DNA of 25,027 nt from the NCBI GenBank assembly GCA_964540325.1, contig CAZIMI010000001.1, positions 1 to 25,027 on the forward strand. Reading direction: 5' to 3'. The translations under genes were made by a program, and so were the position numbers. Numbering within the stretch: position 1 is the first letter of the stretch; each line of letters starts with the position of its first letter. The stretch is from an uncultured Methanosarcinales archaeon (GTDB taxonomy: Archaea > Nanobdellota > Nanobdellia > Woesearchaeales > GW2011-AR9). Below are positions 24,110 through 25,027 of this stretch, piece by piece. Below the pieces are notes generated by a model. The model was not told where the DNA came from, ran no database searches, and saw nothing but the letters and a program-made list of their open reading frames with translations.

Positions 24110-24149
24110 CAATCAACAATTATATAAATAATAAAAGATTAATAGATAA

Positions 24150-24191
24150 AAAAGAGGTAAGCAAAGGAACAAGTTCCTTTTTACCTTTTTT
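24150..24191. repeat. Long hairpin upstream of the SDR gene; core shared with 3586-3606
   Basis: AGGTAA-gc-AAAGGAAC-aa-GTTCCTTT-TTACCT, extended by A/T arms. Confidence 0.6.
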
Positions 24192-24198
24192 GTAATCC

Positions 24199-24972
24199 AT
24201 GTTACAAAAAGAGGTGTATATTATGAGATTAAAAAATAAAGTTGCGATTATTACTGGCAGTAGAAGGGGAATTGGCTTTGGAATTGCTGAAGAGATGGCT
24301 AAAGAAGGAGCGAAAGTTGTTATTTCTGATATTAACCAAAGAGATTGCGAGAAAGCCTGCCAGAAACTGAAGAAGTATAAAACAAAAACATTGGCAGTTA
24401 AGTGTGATGTTTCTAAAAAAGAAGAAGTTGATAACCTAATTCAGCAGACAATTAAAAAATTTAAACGAATTGATATTCTTGTCAACAATGCAGGGATTGT
24501 TAAATTCGCTCCCCTGCTAAAGAAAACAGAAGAAGACTGGGATCAAACAATTGATATTAATCTAAAAGGTGTTTTTCTTTGTACAAAAGCTGCTGCTCCC
24601 TACATGGTAAAACAGAAGTCAGGGAAGATTATTTCCATTGCTTCCATTGCCGGGTTTATTGGTTTTGATACTATCTCTGATTATTGTGCATCTAAAGGCG
24701 GGATAGTTACAATGACAAAAGAGTTTGCTTTAGAGTTAGCCAAATATAATATTAATGTTAATGCAATTGGTCCTGGTGTGATAAAAACGAAAATGACTGC
24801 AGGAATGTTAGCAAACAAGAAACAGAAAGCAGGTTTGTTAGCCCAAACACCATTAGGAAGATTTGGAATGCCCAAAGATATTGGTAAAGCTGCAGTCTAC
24901 TTGGCTTCAGACGACGCTAACTTTGTTACCGGACATACTTTAGTAGTTGACGGCGGTTGGTTAAGCAGATAG
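24199..24972 (+). CDS. Short-chain dehydrogenase/reductase (FabG/glucose-1-dehydrogenase-like)
   Basis: TGSRRGIG, DILVNNAG, YCASK and PLGRFG motifs. The likely start is ATG at 24223. Confidence 0.94.
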   Translation: MLQKEVYIMRLKNKVAIITGSRRGIGFGIAEEMAKEGAKVVISDINQRDCEKACQKLKKYKTKTLAVKCDVSKKEEVDNLIQQTIKKFKRIDILVNNAGIVKFAPLLKKTEEDWDQTIDINLKGVFLCTKAAAPYMVKQKSGKIISIASIAGFIGFDTISDYCASKGGIVTMTKEFALELAKYNINVNAIGPGVIKTKMTAGMLANKKQKAGLLAQTPLGRFGMPKDIGKAAVYLASDDANFVTGHTLVVDGGWLSR

Positions 24973-25027
24973 AATTACTGACAAGAATTGTTTTGGATTA
25001 ATCCTCTTTTTAGATTTTTTATTTGTT

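Noticed and set aside
1-25027. Second VR or a CRISPR array elsewhere in the window
   Set aside because: A visual scan for TR anchor words (GAACAACGCCC, GGAGAAAAGACCC) found only the two copies, and no regularly spaced repeats were seen. A computational search would be more sensitive.

Overview
AT-rich chromosomal window from an archaeon, most likely DPANN (Woesearchaeota-like). This is inferred from Taw1, prefoldin alpha next to FtsY, an NMD3-like protein, DUF460, a COG1750-type Lon-like protease, GAGGTGA ribosome-binding sites and TATA-type promoters. The main feature is a diversity-generating retroelement (DGR) on the minus strand at about 2092-5458. It has a reverse transcriptase (YVDD, GNLTSQ), a template repeat (TR, 3391-3476) and a variable repeat (VR, 4747-4832). 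TR and VR differ at 12 of 86 positions, and every difference is at a TR adenine. The cassette is atypical in four ways. (1) No avd-like ORF is visible. (2) The region where avd usually lies is a hairpin-dense non-coding leader, which can form two crossing long-range helices with the TR 3' end and the spacer. (3) An antisense BRO-N gene sits between TR and target. (4) The target gene is frameshifted. The rest of the window is housekeeping genes (mtaB, ftsY, pfdA, taw1, nmd3-like, patatin, DUF460, Lon-like protease, D-hydroxyacid dehydrogenase, SDR) mixed with accessory modules. These are a toxin-first AbiE pair, an HTH-MNT/HEPN pair, an orphan ADP-ribosyltransferase-like gene flanked by related non-coding repeats, and an orphan HicB-like gene. 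All product calls come from motif recognition by eye; no database search was run.
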